This document shows, piece after piece, positions 59,653 to 64,000 of a DNA stretch of 64,000 bases (positions are counted from its first letter, which is position 1; every line of letters starts with the position of its first letter). The notes below the pieces were generated by a model. That model saw nothing but the letters and a program-made list of their open reading frames with translations, was not told where the DNA came from and did not search any database. The DNA comes from a virus (Duplodnaviria; Caudoviricetes), in the IMG/VR virus record IMGVR_UViG_2841817361_000001, positions 1-64,000 of that record. The stretch is one strand, 5' to 3'. The position numbers were made by a program, and so were the translations under genes.

Positions 59653-61770
59653 TAACAGATAAGAGAAGACGAAACAAACATTACTTTAAAATTTAAGATT
59701 TGAACCAACCTGAGCAAGTTGTTAAAAGGCTTTCTTTAAGATAACTAAACAATTATAAAATGAAAACAACTACCCTAACAGAAGAACAAAAAGCAGATAT
59801 AGTAACAATTACTTTTTTATCTATTGGAGTAATACTATTAATATCCTTCTTTGCTTTTATCATTCCTAATATAACATTAGATCAACAGGTTGAAGATTAT
59901 AAACGCAATATGCAGCAAAAGGAAATTAAAGAAGCTCATGACTTTCATGAAAAAATGATGCTTGAAGAAAATAAAAAATACATTTCAAATCATTGATTTA
60001 TTAACTCGACTAAGCGAGTATAAAAAGGTTTCAAGCTTAGAGCGTTGATAGGGATAAAAACCTATCAGGTAACAACAACTAAAAAATATTACAAAATGAA
60101 AACTAACAAATACACATACTTAAAAGTAATTCAACAGAATTTAAGTGGTAAATGGAAGGATATAGAAGAAGTGGAAGCGAATAGTATATATATTCCTAAA
60201 TGCGGAGAAAGTATTTTTAAAACGCTTCTTTCTGGTTATAAATTATTGGGAGTAAGCACTAAAACAATTAACAGAAGGGTTATAAACGAAAAAACTTCAT
60301 TAAGACAAAATTTTAAAGACTGTGATGATTTTGCAAACTATGTTTTAGATAGTGTTTTAGATTATGGTGAAATCATTAGTAATGAATTTAATCAATTAAC
60401 TGGATTAAATATAAAAGTTGGTTCAGACATTAATACAATTGAATCATTGCCTTGTCTGGGGATAAATTACATTGAATTAGGTTCTGTAAAATCTATGCTT
60501 TATGATCTGTATTACTTCTTAATCAAAGAAAATAAAATAAACACACTTAACTAAAAATCACAAATAATGAAACCATTTGAATACAAAAATAAATATGGAT
60601 CTTTAAAATTAATACCTGTTAGCGATCTAATGAAAGTAAGCAACATTAAAGGGGTCGATATTGATAAAAAATACAAATTTGATATAAATACAGCTGAAAA
60701 AGTTGCTTTAATAACTGAAAATTATGACACTCAAATGTCATTCGGATTTCCTATTACAAACCAAGCTTATATAATTAAACATGAATCTTCTTCAACTGGT
60801 TATATATGTGAATTATCAGATCTAAATTTTAATAAGGAAGTAAACGCAACGAACGAAATTTTACAAAGAAATAAATATAGTTCCATTCTAATTTAAATAA
60901 AACAAATCATGTTTGAAGAAAAAATAATTGCATGCACAACGTATGTAACAGGTATTGCCTTGCTTTTTAATCCGGCTCCTGAGCTTAAATATATAGGAGG
61001 AATTATTACAGTTACTTTAATGGTTGTAGGTATTCCAGTAGTGTATGAACTAGCTAAAACCTTTGTTAGTAAACGCAAAAGATTAAAAAATGCAAAATAA
61101 TATTTCACTAATAGCATATTACAACGGAGATATTGACAAAATGATACAAATATTAATTCATTTGAAATAAAAAATATGAATATCAATGGAACAAAAGAAA
61201 TTATAATTGATGAAAGTTCAATATTCAAACCAACATCAGGATATGTTAGTGTTAAATTAACCAACTTAGAAGGCTGGCCAGTTGCTACAGTTTATGGAGA
61301 AAATTTTGAAACATTAAAGGCAAACGCAGTTTTATTCTCCAAAGCTCCGGAAATGCTTGAAATTTTAAGTAGAGTATTAGATTGTCAAGCACAGGCTCAT
61401 ACTCTTCCTTCATGGCTAAATGAGGAAATAGAAAACCTAATAAAAGAAGCAACAGAATGAAAATATTTTTACTCCTGTCAATTTTTGCAGTATTAGCAAT
61501 AATATCACTTTTCATAGTTAAGCCTTACAATTTAATAATAAGAATGTTAAATAAATAATATCCCAATGAACACCATTTTAAAAATATTCAGAAAGAAAAT
61601 ACAGGAAGAAATACAACCCTGTGGAGTAATTCAAATCGGAAAATATCCGGAAAATTACAATGATCTAGGCACAAAATTCATGTCTCATCAAAGAAACATT
61701 CGTGCAAGGGCATAGGTAAAAAAATAACAAGTAAAAAAAACAAAGCTCCCCGAAGGAAGCTTATTACAAA

Positions 61771-62808
61771 ATGAAAACAACCATTTATGGAAGTCTTCAA
61801 AACAACTATAACAAAGATATGAATTATTTAGAATTAAAACAAGACACTACCCTTTCTCATAATTCAGAAATGCAATATTTCAATTCATTTTTCCAGGACC
61901 TTTTAAAAGGGTTACAGAGTGGTAAATATATTACAGACAAGGGGACTAAATATTCTCTCACGACAATAAGACATTATAAAAATGCTTATGACTGGTTTGT
62001 TTTTTGGGAAGCTCACATTGGTATTCAATTACAAATGAATGAGGTAATATATAATACTGTTGAAATGTTTAAAACGTTTCTTAGCAATTATCATCTTACA
62101 TTAAATAGTGTATCAGTTATTATCTCTAAAATTAAATCTGTGCTAAACTTTGCTTTTAAGTCGGGCAAGCATTTTTGGAATGGTACAGGAATAAAGATAG
62201 TGAAGGAAAAAAATCCAAAAACGTATTTAACAATTGAAGAATTAAAGCAAATGCGTTCATGTAAATTTTTAACTGCTGCTGAAGAAATGGTTTTAGACAA
62301 TTTTACAATTCAGTTTTATATTGGTCAAAGGTATGAAACAACACAAAGATTCTTAAAGCAACCTTTTGCATTCACAAGACAACATGGAGAATTCTCATAT
62401 ATAGAAATTGAAGCATATAAAACAGGAAATGTATCATATATTCCATTAGGTGAAATTGTAAAGGGTATTATCCAAAAATATAATGGTTTAGTTCCTGTAT
62501 ATTCCAGAACTTACATTAATCGCATAATTAAAGTAGTTGCGTTTAAAGCAGGATTAATTCAATTAATTGCAACTCGTGAAACACGTAATCAAAAAGTTGT
62601 TAGAGAATTTATTCCAAAGTATTCTCTTATATCTACACACACTGCAAGAAGGTCCTTAGTATCAAATCTTAAACAATTAAATTTTTCAAATCAATCAATA
62701 ATGGGAATTACATCTCATGGTACAGAAGTACAATTAAATGACTATAACAGATCACAAGTAGAAAAAATAAAATCAATATTAGGTCACGAATTTTTTAACA
62801 AAATATAA
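61771..62808 (+). CDS. int: Tyrosine recombinase/integrase
   Basis: SAM-like N-terminal domain; GQR, KTG, HTARRS, TSH and Y catalytic residues. Confidence 0.9.
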   Translation: MKTTIYGSLQNNYNKDMNYLELKQDTTLSHNSEMQYFNSFFQDLLKGLQSGKYITDKGTKYSLTTIRHYKNAYDWFVFWEAHIGIQLQMNEVIYNTVEMFKTFLSNYHLTLNSVSVIISKIKSVLNFAFKSGKHFWNGTGIKIVKEKNPKTYLTIEELKQMRSCKFLTAAEEMVLDNFTIQFYIGQRYETTQRFLKQPFAFTRQHGEFSYIEIEAYKTGNVSYIPLGEIVKGIIQKYNGLVPVYSRTYINRIIKVVAFKAGLIQLIATRETRNQKVVREFIPKYSLISTHTARRSLVSNLKQLNFSNQSIMGITSHGTEVQLNDYNRSQVEKIKSILGHEFFNKI

Positions 62809-62814
62809 AATCTC

Positions 62815-63300
62815 ATGAAGAATTTAGAAATCACTCAAGAAGCAGCCGTAAAAGCATACTCTGAAGCTTCAAAAAATGGAAAACTATTACTAGAAAATCT
62901 TTTCGGAAAAAAGGTATTTCTTGTAGATATTAAAGAAAGAATAAAATCTATTGAAGACGCAATTAATGAACTTGGAGAAAATGATGATGAAGTAATTGTA
63001 TTAAGAGCCTTAGAAGTAGCAGGTATTAATAATCATATTTTATATACTCAATGGCTAGTAGTTATTACCAAAGCTCTAAATGAAGGCTGGGAGCCAGATT
63101 GGGGGAATGGACAATGGGATAAGTGGTTCAACTGGTTCAATATGCCATCGAAAAATGGCCGGTTCTCGTTCTTCGGCTCCTATTATCGGAGCTCGTTTTC
63201 GCTTTGCTCTGCCCGCCTTTGCTTTAAATCAAAAGAACTTGCTGAGCACGCTGCTAATCAATTCTTAGAGGTGTATGAGAAATCTTATACTAATCAATAA
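62815..63300 (+). CDS. DGR target protein 2
   Basis: Contains VR2. Confidence 0.92.
   Translation: MKNLEITQEAAVKAYSEASKNGKLLLENLFGKKVFLVDIKERIKSIEDAINELGENDDEVIVLRALEVAGINNHILYTQWLVVITKALNEGWEPDWGNGQWDKWFNWFNMPSKNGRFSFFGSYYRSSFSLCSARLCFKSKELAEHAANQFLEVYEKSYTNQ
63156..63221 (+). repeat. DGR variable repeat VR2
   Basis: 18 mismatches to TR, all at TR adenines. Confidence 0.95.
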
Positions 63301-63311
63301 AACTAATTTAA

Positions 63312-63683
63312 ATGAATGTAACAGATAAAGTAAAAAGTTTTGAAGATGCGTGTCAATTATTAGGACTAAAACCTGATGTTCCAAAAGTATCATTATTACC
63401 AGAAAAATACCAAAAATCTATAGTAGCACATTATAAATTGATAATTATTACTGAAGCATTAAATGAAGGCTGGACAGCTGATTGGAGTAATTGGAATGAA
63501 AGAAAATATTATCCTTGGTTTGAAATGAGTGATTCTTCTGGCCGGTTCTCGTTCGGCAGCTCCGATTATCTGTGCTCGAATTCGGATTGCGCTGCCCGCC
63601 TTTGTTTAAAAACACGGGATTTAGCAAATTACATAGGTGAATCGTTCATTGATTTATATAAAGATTATTTCATAATAGATTAA
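63312..63683 (+). CDS. DGR target protein 3
   Basis: Contains VR3; immediately upstream of TR. Confidence 0.92.
   Translation: MNVTDKVKSFEDACQLLGLKPDVPKVSLLPEKYQKSIVAHYKLIIITEALNEGWTADWSNWNERKYYPWFEMSDSSGRFSFGSSDYLCSNSDCAARLCLKTRDLANYIGESFIDLYKDYFIID
63532..63607 (+). repeat. DGR variable repeat VR3
   Basis: 15 mismatches over 76 nt to TR, all at TR adenines. Confidence 0.95.
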
Positions 63684-63716
63684 ATTCTTAAGGTTGTACA
63701 GTTTCATGTTGCTCTT

Positions 63717-63792
63717 ATTCTTCTAGCCAGTTCTCGTTCAACAACTCCAATAATCAGAACTCGAATTCGAATTGCACTACCCACCTATGTTT
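63717..63792 (+). repeat. DGR template repeat (TR)
   Basis: Non-coding AAC/AAT-rich copy: agc cag ttc tcg ttc aac aac tcc aat aat cag aac tcg aat tcg aat tgc act acc cac cta. Confidence 0.95.
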
Positions 63793-63894
63793 TTAATATA
63801 AAAACTGTAAACCTTACCTCTTGGTAAAAAATAATTCACTTTCATAAAGGCGTTGGTAAGTATTACTGAAAACGACTTTTCTAAAGCAAAGATT

Positions 63895-64000
63895 ATGAAA
63901 AGAATAAACAATTTATTTGAAAAAATAATTTGCATTGACAATGTAAAACAAGCAGATATAAATGCTCAAAAAGGAAAAAGCAAACAATATGGTGTAAAAC
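63895..64000 (+). CDS. DGR reverse transcriptase, N-terminus only (cut off by the window end)
   Basis: MKRINNLFEKIICIDNVKQADINAQKGKSKQYGVK matches the usual DGR RT start (MKR..NL.EKI....N...A...A.KGK); about 100 nt after TR; catalytic motifs are not in the window. Confidence 0.8.
   Translation, partial: MKRINNLFEKIICIDNVKQADINAQKGKSKQYGVK

Larger units (their letters stand above)
1..64000. mobile_element. Tailed phage/prophage of a Bacteroidota host with a podovirus-type, crAss-like-related virion module; continues past the right edge
   Basis: Terminase, portal, capsid, tail, lysin, primase-helicase and integrase genes are present and no host housekeeping genes are seen; TAnnTTTG promoters. 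Confidence 0.93.

Noticed and set aside
61700-62815. att site or prophage boundary beside the integrase
   Set aside because: Phage-like genes continue on both sides, and no host genes or att repeat were identified
1-64000. Genome-wide stop-codon reassignment, as in some crAss-like phages
   Set aside because: Long genes are intact in code 11, TGA and TAG end normal genes, and no suppressor-anticodon tRNA is present

Overview
This AT-rich window (about 28% GC by eye) is almost entirely one tailed phage or prophage of a Bacteroidota host, probably Flavobacteriia. The host call rests on TAnnTTTG promoters, a DUF3127 SSB and a Bacteroidota-type tyrosine integrase. It contains recombination and replication genes (1-9 kb), lysis and tail fibre genes (9-17 kb, minus strand), terminase and portal (17-23 kb, plus strand), and a podovirus/crAss-like virion module with a 3457-aa polyvalent protein (24-47 kb, minus strand). 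It also holds two tRNAs, early and accessory genes (48-61 kb) and an integrase. The main result is a diversity-generating retroelement (DGR) at the right edge. Its template repeat (63717-63792) is followed by an RT-like ORF that is cut off by the window end. Three variable repeats differ from the template only at template adenines. They lie in three paralogous small (123-161 aa) non-tail proteins, one of them about 12.8 kb away. Other observations: two paralogous [unknown protein + HEPN] cassettes bracketing the giant gene, a C4-like antisense leader RNA, an ORF with one in-frame TGA, a lipoprotein frameshifted at a poly-A tract, and an over-represented AAACGCA motif. All protein family calls come from motif recognition, not database searches.
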